From Polyangiaceae bacterium (lineage in GTDB: Bacteria; Myxococcota_A; Polyangia; Polyangiales; Polyangiaceae): 64,000 nt of DNA. The DNA is taken from positions 139,588 through 203,587 of the forward strand of contig JADJXL010000022.1 in NCBI GenBank assembly GCA_016715885.1, given 5' to 3'. A model generated the notes under the pieces. It searched no databases. It saw nothing but the letters and a program-made list of their open reading frames with translations, and had not been told where the DNA came from. The first letter of the stretch is position 1. Each line of letters begins with the position of its first letter. The position numbers and the translations under genes were made by a program. This document shows, piece after piece, positions 48,467 through 60,589 of the stretch.

Positions 48467-51400
48467 TTGCCGTTTGTCGCGGTCGCCCTTGGCGTGATCG
48501 CCGTCGTCGTGCTCTTTCGATGGGTGATTCTGACGGCAGGCTTGCGGCGCCGCCCCGTGCTGCTCGTCGCCATGATTCTTGGCGCGTTGCCCGCGCTGTA
48601 CATCGGCCTTGTCTGGACGACGCTCGTGCCGGGCGGTTACCTGCGGCTTGCACGGCCCTGGATGACGCTCGTGTGCATTGCGGCCATGGCGTTCATCGCG
48701 CTTCGTTTGGGTACGGGCTTTGCCAATCAGGGACCATGGCGCACGCGCCTCACCGATGCGCTCGCGCAGCTCGCAGCGTTTGTCGCGGCACTCGCTGCTG
48801 CGGGACCCGAGCTTGGACGGCCGCTCGATAGGCTCACGGTGCTCGTGGCGATCGACCGCAGTCGGTCGATCGATCTCGTTCCGAACGCCGAACAACGCAT
48901 CAAGCAAGAGCTCACCGTTGCGGAGCTCGGCATGCGCGACGAAGACCGCATTGGGACGATCATCTTCGGCGCGGACGCTGCGACGGAAGATCCTCCGCGG
49001 CCGAAGTCCGACTTGCCCGCACCGCAGCGAGTCAGCGTTGGTCGCGATGGAACGGATCTCGGTGCGGCCATTCGTCGAGGGCTCGCGGAAGTCCCTGCCG
49101 ACAGTGCTGCGCGCATCGTTCTCTTGTCGGACGGCGTTGCAACGCGCGGCGATACGATGTCCGCCGCAGCCGCAGCCGTTGCAGCGGAAATTCCGGTCGA
49201 TGTCGTGACGCTCGAACAGCGATCGATCCCCGACATTCGTGTGGTGGCTCTTCGCGCGCCCACGCGAGCGGACGAGGGTGAGCCCATCGATTTGCGGCTC
49301 GTGACGTCATCACCGAGTGCTGCGGCGATCGAGGTGCGGCTCTTCCGGGACGGCGATCTCATTGCGAAGGCGGGCGCGAAAATCGCCGCTGGCGAGGATG
49401 TGCTGCGCATTCGCGAAAAGGCGCCCGGGCCAGGGTTTCACCGGTACGACGTGGAGATCACGGCTGCCGATCCAGCGCTCGATCAGTCGCCGGAAGACAA
49501 CGCGGGCAGCGCGTTCATGCGTGTGCGTGGACAAGCCGCGGCGCTCGTGATCGATGGTGACCAGGGCAAGACGGCATTCGTCGCTCGGGCGCTGGAAAAC
49601 GCTGCGTTTCGTGTCACCGAAGGCAGCACGAGCAGCGTGCCTCATGATCTGGCGGGACTCGTGGGCTTCGACTTGCTCGTGATGGGTGACGTGCGCGCGT
49701 CGGATCTGTCGCCGGGGCAGATGGAAGCCATCGCAAGTTACGTGCGAGATCTCGGCGGCGGGCTGCTGCTCATGGGCGGCGATCGCAGCATGGGTCCTGG
49801 GGGTTATGCACGCACGCCCATCGAAGAGATTTCCCCCGTTTCATTTGACCTCAAACAAGATCGCCGGCGTGGCAGTTTGGCCGAAGTGATCGGCATCGAC
49901 ATTTCGGGGTCGATGGCGGCATCGGCTGGAGCTCACACGAAACTGGAGCTTGCGAACGAAGCGGCGGCGCGCAGCGCAGCGCTCCTCGGGCCTGGTGACA
50001 GGCTTGGCGTGGAGCACGTCGACACGTCGGTGAAGTGGACCGTTCCGCTCGCGCCCGTGACGGACAAGTCGGCGATCGATCGCGCGATTCGCGCGGTAGG
50101 TCCGGGTGGAGGCGGCATCTACGTCGACATCACGCTCGAGGCTGGTTACGCGGCGCTGGCCAAAGAAAACGTGAACCTGAAGCACATGCTGCTCTTCGCG
50201 GATGGATCGGACGCGGAGCAGATGGGCCCATGTCGCACGATGGTGTCGAACGCGCTTCGTGGGGGCATCACGACGAGCATCGTGGCGCTGGGCAATGGTA
50301 GCGACGTGCCCGAGCTCGAAATGCTCTCGCGGCTTGGTGGTGGAAGGTTTTACCTCATCGAGGACGCCAATCGTTTGCCTGCGGTGTTCACGCAAGAAAC
50401 GATCCTCGCAGCGCGAAGCGCGGTGGTCGAAAAGGAATTTCGAGTCGGTCGTGCGGCTCCCTCGTCGGTCGTTGCAGGCGTGCCTTTCGACGAAGCTCCG
50501 GCGCTGCTCGGGTACGTCGTGACAATCCCCAAGGGTCGAGCGAGCGTGCTTCTCACGGGGCCCGATGGCGATCCGGTTCTTTCGGTTTGGTCGGCGGGCG
50601 TCGGTCGATCGGCGGCGTTCACGAGCGATCTGAAGGATCGCTGGGGCGTTCGCTGGACCGAATGGAGTGGTGCGGCAAGGCTCGTTGCGCAGCTTGGCCG
50701 CGACATCACGCGCAAGGGTGAAGACGGGCGAGTGCGCGTCGAAGCCGATGCGTCGGGAGGAGAGCTCCACGTGCGTGCGACGGTCGTGGGAGACGACGGC
50801 CGAGCGCAGTCGTTCCGGCGGCTCATGGTGCGCGTCGCGGGGCCGGAGGGTTTTTCCCGCGAAACGGCGCTCGAAGCGACGGGCGCCGGCGCGTATGCAG
50901 CTTCGATTGGTTTGTCGCGTCCCGGTACGTACATCGCGATTGCGAAGGACGAGCAGTCGGGAGACGTCGTGGGAACGGCCGGCGCGGCCCTGACGGCGGG
51001 GGAAGAACTGCGACCCACGGGGAGCGATCGCGCGCTGCTCGGTCGCATCGCGGACATGACGGGAGGAAAGCGGCGCGACACGCTTGCGGGCATTTTTGGC
51101 GATCGCGCGTCGCGACGATTTGCGTACCAAGACATCACGTCGCTGCTCATCGTGTGCGCCGGGTTTTTCCTGCTCTTTGCGGTTGCTGCGCGCAGGTTTG
51201 CCATTCCGGAACCCGTCCTCGACTTCGTGCGACGAACGCGTGCAGCGCTGAAGCCTCGTCACGTAGAAGCCGACGCCGTCGATGCGCGGTCGCCCGATGC
51301 CGTGGTCGGAGCACTGCTTCAGGCCAAGGAGCGAGCTGCGCGTGAGCGGGCCGTGGAAGCGCGTCCCATCACGCAGCCTGCCGTGTCGTCGCACGCGAAT

Positions 51401-51598
51401 GCTCCCGCGCCGCATCGCGTTCCTGCAAATGCCCCGCGTATTCCAAGCGGCGCGGCGCACGGCATGCGCGCGTCATCCGCGACGTCCACGCATGCGACGG
51501 CAACCGCGCCCCAGGCAAACCCAACCGCGCCGGCACCAAGACCGCTCACGGCAGCCGAGATCTTGCTCGCACGCCGAAAAGGGCCGCCGCGCTCCTAA
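48467..51598 (+). CDS. Large membrane protein with a BatA-N-like TM region, two vWA-like domains and a Pro/Ala-rich tail after a C-terminal TM helix.
   Basis: The two vWA-like motifs are VLVAIDRSRSID and VIGIDISGSMAAS. A C-terminal TM helix is present (LLIVCAGFFLLFAVAARRF). Confidence 0.6.
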   Translation: MPFVAVALGVIAVVVLFRWVILTAGLRRRPVLLVAMILGALPALYIGLVWTTLVPGGYLRLARPWMTLVCIAAMAFIALRLGTGFANQGPWRTRLTDALAQLAAFVAALAAAGPELGRPLDRLTVLVAIDRSRSIDLVPNAEQRIKQELTVAELGMRDEDRIGTIIFGADAATEDPPRPKSDLPAPQRVSVGRDGTDLGAAIRRGLAEVPADSAARIVLLSDGVATRGDTMSAAAAAVAAEIPVDVVTLEQRSIPDIRVVALRAPTRADEGEPIDLRLVTSSPSAAAIEVRLFRDGDLIAKAGAKIAAGEDVLRIREKAPGPGFHRYDVEITAADPALDQSPEDNAGSAFMRVRGQAAALVIDGDQGKTAFVARALENAAFRVTEGSTSSVPHDLAGLVGFDLLVMGDVRASDLSPGQMEAIASYVRDLGGGLLLMGGDRSMGPGGYARTPIEEISPVSFDLKQDRRRGSLAEVIGIDISGSMAASAGAHTKLELANEAAARSAALLGPGDRLGVEHVDTSVKWTVPLAPVTDKSAIDRAIRAVGPGGGGIYVDITLEAGYAALAKENVNLKHMLLFADGSDAEQMGPCRTMVSNALRGGITTSIVALGNGSDVPELEMLSRLGGGRFYLIEDANRLPAVFTQETILAARSAVVEKEFRVGRAAPSSVVAGVPFDEAPALLGYVVTIPKGRASVLLTGPDGDPVLSVWSAGVGRSAAFTSDLKDRWGVRWTEWSGAARLVAQLGRDITRKGEDGRVRVEADASGGELHVRATVVGDDGRAQSFRRLMVRVAGPEGFSRETALEATGAGAYAASIGLSRPGTYIAIAKDEQSGDVVGTAGAALTAGEELRPTGSDRALLGRIADMTGGKRRDTLAGIFGDRASRRFAYQDITSLLIVCAGFFLLFAVAARRFAIPEPVLDFVRRTRAALKPRHVEADAVDARSPDAVVGALLQAKERAARERAVEARPITQPAVSSHANAPAPHRVPANAPRIPSGAAHGMRASSATSTHATATAPQANPTAPAPRPLTAAEILLARRKGPPRS

Positions 51599-51613
51599 TC
51601 GTTGGCTCCCCAA

Positions 51614-52723
51614 TCAGTTTGTTGCCACATTCGTTCGATACGCCTGCGTCCAAGCCTTTTTGCCGTCAGGCAACGTGATCCTCGCCCGCACGTACCGTTC
51701 GGTCCCGCGAAGTTGATACGTCGTTTCCCCATCGGCGCTGCGTTCCTTTTTCTCGAACACCTTGCCGCCATCCCCGATGAACTCGACCGTCGCGCCTTGG
51801 TCTTTCGGCCACACGCTGAGCGCATCGGCCGTGACACGAATGCGCGAAAGGGTCGCTCCCGATGACGAATAAAGCTGCTTGTTGCGCAAGGCCTCGCAAA
51901 TCACGTTGCGATCGAGCCTCGAGGCAAACACTTCGACCCATCCGAGACCCGGTTTGGCGGGGTTGGACGTGTTGGGTTTGTCCGCGTTGAAGTAGTGCGC
52001 ATCGTCGACGGCGACGCCTCCGATGTCTTCGCCCTGATCAAGCAGCGCGTCCCACATGGCTTCGTGTGATGGGCGCTGTGCATCGCCTTCGGAGTTCACA
52101 TGCGGATGGCTGCTGTAAATTTCGATCAGCTCGGCGCCTTTGGCGTTGCGGATGTCATCGGCAGTAAGAGCCCAATCGAAGTTCGGGTGGTTGATGAGAG
52201 CGACGCCGCCTTGGGCATGCACGTGTTCGATGGCGTGCACGAGCGCGGCGCGGATGGAGGGTTGTCTGCCTCCGCCGATGGTTTTCTTCGTACACAAACC
52301 GTTGACGTGAACGCGCTTGTTCGCGACGCTCATCGTCAGTTCTTCACCGGCAATGATGACGAACGACTTTTTCTCGAGTGCTTTGAACGTCTGCGGGCTG
52401 GTGCGCGAGTTGTGATCCGTGATCGCCACGAACGCGAAGCCGTGGTTGCGATACCAAATGTAGACGTCGCGGGGAGGGCGATCGCCGTCGCTCCACGAGC
52501 TGTGCGCGTGGATGTTTCCACGTTGAAAGGTGGACACGTCCAGCGTCGTGTCGAAGGTGCGTCGAGCAATTACGGGCGGAAAGGGAAGCGCGTCTGTCGT
52601 CTGGGGTAGCTCGGGCGGAGGTAGCGCAGGTTGTCGTCGACCAACGAGCACGGCTGCGACGATGACGAGCGCAATTGCACCGATCGCGGCGCTAACGGCG
52701 CCTCGCACTCCGATCGATCGCAA
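51614..52723 (-). CDS. PHP-domain metal-dependent phosphoesterase (CehA/McbA-like) with an N-terminal TM anchor.
   Basis: The PHP motifs are NIHAHSSWSDGD and VAITDHNS. Confidence 0.55.
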   Translation of the reverse strand: MRSIGVRGAVSAAIGAIALVIVAAVLVGRRQPALPPPELPQTTDALPFPPVIARRTFDTTLDVSTFQRGNIHAHSSWSDGDRPPRDVYIWYRNHGFAFVAITDHNSRTSPQTFKALEKKSFVIIAGEELTMSVANKRVHVNGLCTKKTIGGGRQPSIRAALVHAIEHVHAQGGVALINHPNFDWALTADDIRNAKGAELIEIYSSHPHVNSEGDAQRPSHEAMWDALLDQGEDIGGVAVDDAHYFNADKPNTSNPAKPGLGWVEVFASRLDRNVICEALRNKQLYSSSGATLSRIRVTADALSVWPKDQGATVEFIGDGGKVFEKKERSADGETTYQLRGTERYVRARITLPDGKKAWTQAYRTNVATN

Positions 52724-52795
52724 CAGAACTCTCTCTGCGTTCAGAAACCCTCGGTAGCTCGCTGCTGGAGCAACGGCGGAAGTTTGTCCGTGTGT

Positions 52796-53320
52796 TCACT
52801 CGTCGAGGATGAGCCGTGCTTTGACGGCGATTTTGATGCCACCCGGAGGCCACGCCAAGAACGATGGATTGGTCTTTCCAGTCCACTCGATGCGCACCTT
52901 GTGCCCGTCTTCGAAAAACGGGCGGACGTCCCCTTCGTGGAGAAGGTCGAGGATCACGTTGGGTTCGTTCTTGGGAAAACCGTCCTGCTTCACGATGGGC
53001 GTGCGTTCTTTGCTGGTTACGGCTTCACCGAAAACGGACGACAGGAACGTGAGGTCTTCGGCGGGAGGGGCAGCATCGAGACGCACGAAGCCGAGGCGAG
53101 CGCTTCCGTACGAGTTCACGTCGCTCTCCAGGGTGATTTCGTTCCACCAGAAGAACGTGCCATCGACCTTGGGGGACACGGTGAAGTCGGCGTCGACGTC
53201 GTATTCGCTGATGACCGACGAACATCCGAACGATCCGGCGGTGAGCGAGAGTGCCAGGAGCAGTGTGGCGCGTCGCGACGCACGGCCACGGCTTGCGTTG
53301 GAATCGATGAAGCCATCCAT
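52796..53320 (-). CDS. Hypothetical small lipoprotein.
   Basis: The lipobox is SFGCSS. The upstream Arg-rich part of the ORF is probably not translated. Confidence 0.4.
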   Translation of the reverse strand: MDGFIDSNASRGRASRRATLLLALSLTAGSFGCSSVISEYDVDADFTVSPKVDGTFFWWNEITLESDVNSYGSARLGFVRLDAAPPAEDLTFLSSVFGEAVTSKERTPIVKQDGFPKNEPNVILDLLHEGDVRPFFEDGHKVRIEWTGKTNPSFLAWPPGGIKIAVKARLILDE

Positions 53321-53445
53321 CTTCTGAGGGTAGCACGCGGCGCGGCGCGATCTGGGCTGACGACGCGACCCAAGGCCGCGGCGGCAAGTGCATCCAAGGC
53401 AGGTCGACGCGGCAGGGGCAGGGCTCGTTCTGTCGCGATTCGCCT

Positions 53446-54075
53446 TTGGACAGCAAGGAGTCGTCGCCGATGGCCACGATGCAGCAAGGCCCCCTCCTTT
53501 TTTCGTTGAGGCATCTGTCGGGCAGCGAAAAAAAGTCCGCTCACGAGGAAGAAACCGAACGTGTTTTCGAGGAAGCCAGACGCTGCGCCATTGACGCAGC
53601 GCTTGCACGGACGCGCGCAGATGCCGAACGCAAAGCCCGCGAAGATGCCGAGCGCCGTGCCGAACGGATGCAGGCTGAAGCGGCCTATGTCGTGGCCATC
53701 GAGCGCGTGCGAGCCGAGGCGGAAATGGCGGCACGCATCGAAGCTTCGCGCATCGCGCTCGAGCACGAACGCGCGCTTGCTGCGATCAATGCGGACGTGC
53801 AGAAAAGGCGTCTCGCGCAAGCCGTGCGAGTCGGGATCATCGGCCCGGTGCTGCTGTTCGTCACGACGATGGGCATTTACTTCGGCAAGGTCAAACCCGA
53901 CGCCGAAGCACGGATGATCAGTCAACAAGCCGATATCGCACGGTGGAACGAAGAAGTTCGGCAGCTTCGGGCGCAGGTCGCTGCACGTGACGCGCGCATT
54001 CGTGACGCCGAACGGGTGCTCGCAGGCATCCATGCCCGAGCGAAACGAAGCGACGAGAGCCGCGATAGCCGCTGA
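53446..54075 (+). CDS. Hypothetical protein with charged helical, alanine/arginine-rich low-complexity segments (read as coiled coil from composition alone) and one TM helix.
   Basis: Charged helical segments with an ERKAREDAERRAE-type low-complexity composition flank a TM helix (VGIIGPVLLFVTTMGIYF). Confidence 0.4.
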   Translation: MDSKESSPMATMQQGPLLFSLRHLSGSEKKSAHEEETERVFEEARRCAIDAALARTRADAERKAREDAERRAERMQAEAAYVVAIERVRAEAEMAARIEASRIALEHERALAAINADVQKRRLAQAVRVGIIGPVLLFVTTMGIYFGKVKPDAEARMISQQADIARWNEEVRQLRAQVAARDARIRDAERVLAGIHARAKRSDESRDSR

Positions 54076-54363
54076 GCATCGTGTCCGCCATCTTGGGGCT
54101 GGAGAGTGTTCGCAAAATTGTGGCGTGATACTGATGCGAATTACATGAGAATCGAAGACGCGGTTGCGTTCTTGCTATGCCGCGACGGTTCTGATACTTG
54201 AATCGGGCTGGTCAATGTGGCCAGTAGCTGGATCCACGCAGGTTTTGGCTGCATTGGTCGAACGCGTTTTGCCTGGGCGACGGGATAGCAACGATCCGAT
54301 ATCGGGCATCGCTACGCGTTCGTTCGGCACGAAGTCTCGATCGCGCGGTATTGCCATCCGAAC

Positions 54364-54600
54364 ATGAGCCCGCCGGTAACCCTCTACGACAAAGTCATCG
54401 CCGCCAGCGGACTTTCCGAGGTGTTTGCGCGCGGGACGATCAAGCGAGCGTGTTCGCGCGTTGGGGTCAACGCCGAAACGATGAGCCCGTCGGAGCTTGC
54501 CCGGGCACTTCCGTCGATCGAGCAAGCGCTCGGCGTGTTCTTGCCGGCTGATCAGAAAGATTCACGCATGCAAGCGATTCGCGCGCTGTCGCGGGGATGA
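54364..54600 (+). CDS. Small hypothetical protein (78 aa).
   Basis: The ORF has reasonable composition. I recognised no motif. Confidence 0.3.
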   Translation: MSPPVTLYDKVIAASGLSEVFARGTIKRACSRVGVNAETMSPSELARALPSIEQALGVFLPADQKDSRMQAIRALSRG

Positions 54601-54662
54601 GCGCGATCGCGTGATCATGCGATCACTCGATGCACTCGCTGGCAGAGCGTGACCGAGCGAAG

Positions 54663-55106
54663 TTACTCGGTGCCAGAGCGGACGGTCATCACGGGGACGG
54701 TTGCTTGCCGCAAGACGGCTTCAGCGACGCTGCCGAGCAGAGTTCGTCCAATCAAACCTCGGCCATGGGTGCCCATCACGATCAGATCGGCACCCATGTC
54801 GGTTGCGGCGGCGCAAACTTCGTCCGCCGTGCGTCCTTCGCGAAGCAGCGCTGCTACCGACACGCCTTCCGAGCGCCTTTTCGACACGAAGGCATCGAGC
54901 TGTTCTCGAGCGCCTTTCTTGACGTTTTCGATGACTTCCGGAGTTGGGATGTACGACCCATCGGGGTAGTTGTAGACGGGCAAGCCGTAGACGTGCAGCA
55001 CCGTGACGCGCGCGCCGAGCGTGCTTGCAAGTGACACGGCTCGTTCGAGTGCATGATCGGAGGTTTCGTCGAAATCGATCGGGACGAGGATGTTGCGAAA
55101 CGGCAT
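54663..55106 (-). CDS. Universal stress protein (UspA family).
   Basis: A GAGG Shine-Dalgarno sequence precedes the ATG at 55106. The motifs are ILVPIDFDETS, ADLIVMGTHGRG and VLRQATVPVMTV. Confidence 0.8.
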   Translation of the reverse strand: MPFRNILVPIDFDETSDHALERAVSLASTLGARVTVLHVYGLPVYNYPDGSYIPTPEVIENVKKGAREQLDAFVSKRRSEGVSVAALLREGRTADEVCAAATDMGADLIVMGTHGRGLIGRTLLGSVAEAVLRQATVPVMTVRSGTE

Positions 55107-55633
55107 GACGACCTCTTGCAGCGAGCGCGTTGTCGTAGCTCGCCGCATTCCCGATACCACGACGAACGCTGCGTCAGCATGTCCATCGCTCGTTTCGGTT
55201 CGAACTTTGGCCCGCGCCCACCGTTTGGGACGGGCGAGCGGCTTTGGGCGTGATTTTTTTCACGCTGGCCGCATGCGGCAGCTTTGCTCGCGATTGTCGA
55301 GATATGGGGAGGCTCGGGGTTGTCGCCGAGATTTGGCCATGTGCCGATTGGCGTTTCGACCGCAAAACTCACGGGCTTGCCCGCCAGCCTGAATTTTTGC
55401 GCAAGTCTGTCAGACTCTCATAACCAATCGACTTGCGCAAACTGGGGTGGGGCGTTAGCCTGCGATCGCCCTAGGCTCGTTCGTCGTCGTACCGGAAAGC
55501 CCGCCCTGCTTGCGGAAGCTCGAACTGTATCGGCTGACGGTCGCTCGTCTGTGGTCTCGAAGCGATCCGATGCACGGCCCGGGTCGCGTCCGGGGATGGT
55601 CAAGCAGAGGCGCGTGCATCGGGTGGTTCGAGG

Positions 55634-56110
55634 ATGAGCAAGCGACTGTACGTGGGCAATTTGGCCTTTCACTCCACGGAGGACAGCGTGCGCAGCGCTT
55701 TCCAAGCTGCAGGAGTGGAGGTGCTCGCTGTCCAAGTCATGACCGATCGAGTGACCGGGCAATCACGCGGGTTCGGGTTCGTAGATGTGGCGGGCGACAA
55801 GGAAGCGCAAGCTGCAATTGATGCACTTCATGGCAAGCCGCTCGACGGCCGTTCGTTGACCGTCAACGAAGCGCGTGAGCGCACGCCCGGCGGCGGTGGC
55901 GGCGGTGGCGGCGGCTTCCGTGGCGGCGGCGGCGGCGGCATGGGCGGTGGCGGCGGTGGCGGCTACGGCGGCGGCGGTGGCGGCGGCGGCGGCCGCGGCG
56001 GCGGCGGCGGCCGAGGCGGCGGCGGTGGCGGCGGCCGAGGCGGTGGCGGCGGTGGCCGCGATCGTCGAGGTGGTCGCGATCGTGATCGTGGCGACCGCGG
56101 CGGCTGGTGA
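55634..56110 (+). CDS. RRM-type RNA-binding protein with a Gly/Arg-rich C-terminal tail.
   Basis: RNP2 is LYVGNL. RNP1 is RGFGFVDV. A GGGG/RGG low-complexity tail follows. Confidence 0.85.
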   Translation: MSKRLYVGNLAFHSTEDSVRSAFQAAGVEVLAVQVMTDRVTGQSRGFGFVDVAGDKEAQAAIDALHGKPLDGRSLTVNEARERTPGGGGGGGGGFRGGGGGGMGGGGGGGYGGGGGGGGGRGGGGGRGGGGGGGRGGGGGGRDRRGGRDRDRGDRGGW

Positions 56111-56156
56111 TTTCTCGATAGGCAGCTCGACTCTCGTCGCTGCTGCTGATTCTCCA

Positions 56157-56199
56157 GCAAACGAAAACGCCCTGGAAATTCCAGGGCGTTTTCGTTTCG
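56157..56199. terminator. Strong bidirectional rho-independent terminator hairpin between the convergent RRM-protein and enolase genes.
   Basis: The repeat is aaacgaaaacgccctgg, loop aaatt, ccagggcgttttcgttt, giving a 17-bp near-perfect stem with T-rich flanks. Confidence 0.7.
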
Positions 56200-56215
56200 A
56201 ACGTGCGCGATCCCT

Positions 56216-58253
<2,038 letters not shown>

Positions 58254-58254
<1 letters not shown>

Positions 58255-59339
58255 TGAGCGGCGAAGGCGGACCGTTTGCGGCAGAAATCGACGCGATGCT
58301 CGCGGCCGTCGCGCGCAAGCATCCCGACAAGAAACCTCCCTACCAAGTCCCCGTTTATCTCGTCGTCGGTGATCCCGGTTCGGGCCGATCGACTGCCATT
58401 CGATCGCAAATGGTCACGTGGTCTTCGGGCGATGGACCTCTTCCGCCGGCATCGACGACTCCATTTTGCACGTATTGGATGGCGGACGAGGCGGTATTCA
58501 TCGAACCCGAAGCGCACGTCATGGGTCCGCGTCGCGATCCGGCCATGCTCCAAGCATTGTGTGAAGAGCTCATTCGCAAAAGGCCACGCGAACCGCTCGA
58601 TGGCATTCTGCTCGTCCTCAATGCCACCGTCTTTGCCGACGCCGACGAAGCCAATGTGCAAGCCTATGCGAAGGGCATGCGTGAGATCCTCGTCGAAGTC
58701 GGGCGTCATTTGGGCGTCGACGTGCCGACGTACGTGTTTCTCACGAGGCTCGATACGCTTTGGGGATTTGCGGACGTCTTTGCTTGGACGCCGGAACGCA
58801 ATCGCGAAGACCCGTGGGGTTTTACATTGCCGCAAGAAACGGCTGCCGTCGATGCTCTTCCCAAAATCAAAGAAGAAATCGACGGCCTTCATGCCCGTTT
58901 TGAAATGTTTTGCTTCGCCAAACTTTCCGGTGAAGAGCCTGTCGAGACGCGTATTCGATCCTATCAGCACCTCGTCGAAGTGCGGGAATTCCTCGACCGT
59001 GTGCGCGTGCTTTTCAATGTTTTGGCCATGGCAAACGCCTACGAACGAGTGCCCTGGTATCGAGCGCTCGCGATTGGTAGCGCATATCCCGGCATAGGCG
59101 ATCGTCAACGAGCGGGCGTCGGCAAATTCCAAAGCATGGGTCTTTATCCGCCGCCCGTACCGCAAGGAATGCGTCCCGGTGGTTTGCCCATTCATGCGCT
59201 CGTCAAGACCGTCGTTTTACCAGAAAAAGACCTCGTGCCTTTGCGCGTGCGCTGGCGTGACGATCTCGTGATTTGGATCATCGCGGGACTCGCTGTCCTC
59301 GTGTGGATCGTCGCGATCATCGTCGCCGCCACGCGATGA
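58254..59339 (+). CDS. IcmF/TssM N-terminal-like P-loop domain protein with a C-terminal TM helix. It lacks the periplasmic TssM domains.
   Basis: Its ATG overlaps the upstream stop (TGATG). Matches to the TssM cytoplasmic domain are PVYLVVGDPGSGRSTAI (compare the TssM sequence PWYLVIGPPGSGKTTLL), DGILLVLNATVFAD and PTYVFLTRLDTLWGFADVF (compare the TssM sequence PVYLVFTKCDLLAGFSEFF). The TM helix is LVIWIIAGLAVLVWIVAIIVAA. Confidence 0.55.
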
Positions 59340-59401
59340 ATCTTCGCCTGCGGACACCTCGAGGCTTGACGTTTCGGCTCCGCGCGCAATCATGACGACG
59401 C

Positions 59402-60583
59402 GTGGACGATATGGATTTTGGCATCGGTGCTTCGGGCAAGCTCAAGGCTTTTCTGCTGACGGCGCTCGCTGTGTTCATGTCGTCGCTTGCGTTCGGCATC
59501 GTGAGCGCTCCGATGGGCAAGATGCACCCCGTGCTGGGGTTTTTGCTGAAGAGTTTTATTTTGCTCGTGTTCGGGGGCATCTCCGCGTTTTGCATGGGCT
59601 TTGCCATTCAATCGCTGCGCGGAGGACCCAAGCTGCCGCCCGACGTGTTATTGCGCTGCCCCACGTGTGGTGAAAAGACGCCCGGCGACCTCGTTTGTCC
59701 CGTCTGTGGCGAATTGCCGCACGATAGAAAACTCGTCTATCGCATCGAATCCGAGGGGCTGTGGGGGCATGCGATTGGCGCAATCATCTTGGCCGGCGTC
59801 GGGTGCCTTGGGCTCTTCATCATGATTGGCCCGTACCTCGATGGCGAACGTCGATTGTGGGCGCTCATTGCATTCGCTGCGCTCGGCCTCCTCATGCTGG
59901 CCGTTGGTGTCGTTGGCGTTTTTGGTTTTTTATTAATTTTATGGGAAAGAGTTGGAGGAAGTCAAACCATTACGTTTTCCTGCAAAGGTCCTGATCGGTA
60001 TACGCATGGAAGCGGGAAATCGAGGTGGGGAAAGGTCATTGGCCTGGAAGGACACGGCCAAGTCACCGCGCCGCTTGCGCCTCGAGGCCGCAGTGAAGGT
60101 GGTTATCGCGCCGCGCAAGGAGACGTCGAATTGGCCGAAGCGATTGCCACATTCGATGCCGCGGGTATCGTCGACCTTGGCCATGTCACGACGTACGAAT
60201 GGCGAGTGGGTGATCCATCTGGAAAAACCCGGTCAAAGCATCCGGAATTTCATCGCACGATCGATCGCCTGATCATGATGATTCTTTGCAATGTGACGGA
60301 ACCGGTATTCGATCCGGAGGATGATGACGCGGAGATCGATGCGGTTCAGCGTGTTCCCATAGAATCGCCCGACAAGCCCGATTCCGCCATTCTAAGGTTT
60401 CTCGGCAAATTCATTGTCCTACCCATGGACGTTCGAGCATTCAAGAGCAAGCTCGACGCAGACCCGATTCATCGCACGCAAACGATCATGCATGCGCGCG
60501 TATTGCGCGACCGAGGGATTGTCGTATCGAATGAATTGGTGGAGGCGGTGGTGGAAGGGTTTGCTGAGCAGAAGACGGTGTGA
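59402..60583 (+). CDS. Polytopic membrane protein with an internal zinc-ribbon-like loop (CPTCG...CPVCG) and a C-terminal soluble domain.
   Basis: Four hydrophobic helices flank a CxxC..CxxC loop. I recognised no family. Confidence 0.45.
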   Translation: MDDMDFGIGASGKLKAFLLTALAVFMSSLAFGIVSAPMGKMHPVLGFLLKSFILLVFGGISAFCMGFAIQSLRGGPKLPPDVLLRCPTCGEKTPGDLVCPVCGELPHDRKLVYRIESEGLWGHAIGAIILAGVGCLGLFIMIGPYLDGERRLWALIAFAALGLLMLAVGVVGVFGFLLILWERVGGSQTITFSCKGPDRYTHGSGKSRWGKVIGLEGHGQVTAPLAPRGRSEGGYRAAQGDVELAEAIATFDAAGIVDLGHVTTYEWRVGDPSGKTRSKHPEFHRTIDRLIMMILCNVTEPVFDPEDDDAEIDAVQRVPIESPDKPDSAILRFLGKFIVLPMDVRAFKSKLDADPIHRTQTIMHARVLRDRGIVVSNELVEAVVEGFAEQKTV

Positions 60584-60589
60584 GCCTTT

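Noticed and set aside
55860-56100. A GGC/GGT triplet repeat region.
   Set aside because: It is the coding sequence of the Gly/Arg-rich tail of the RRM protein. It is low-complexity but in frame and typical of glycine-rich RNA-binding proteins.
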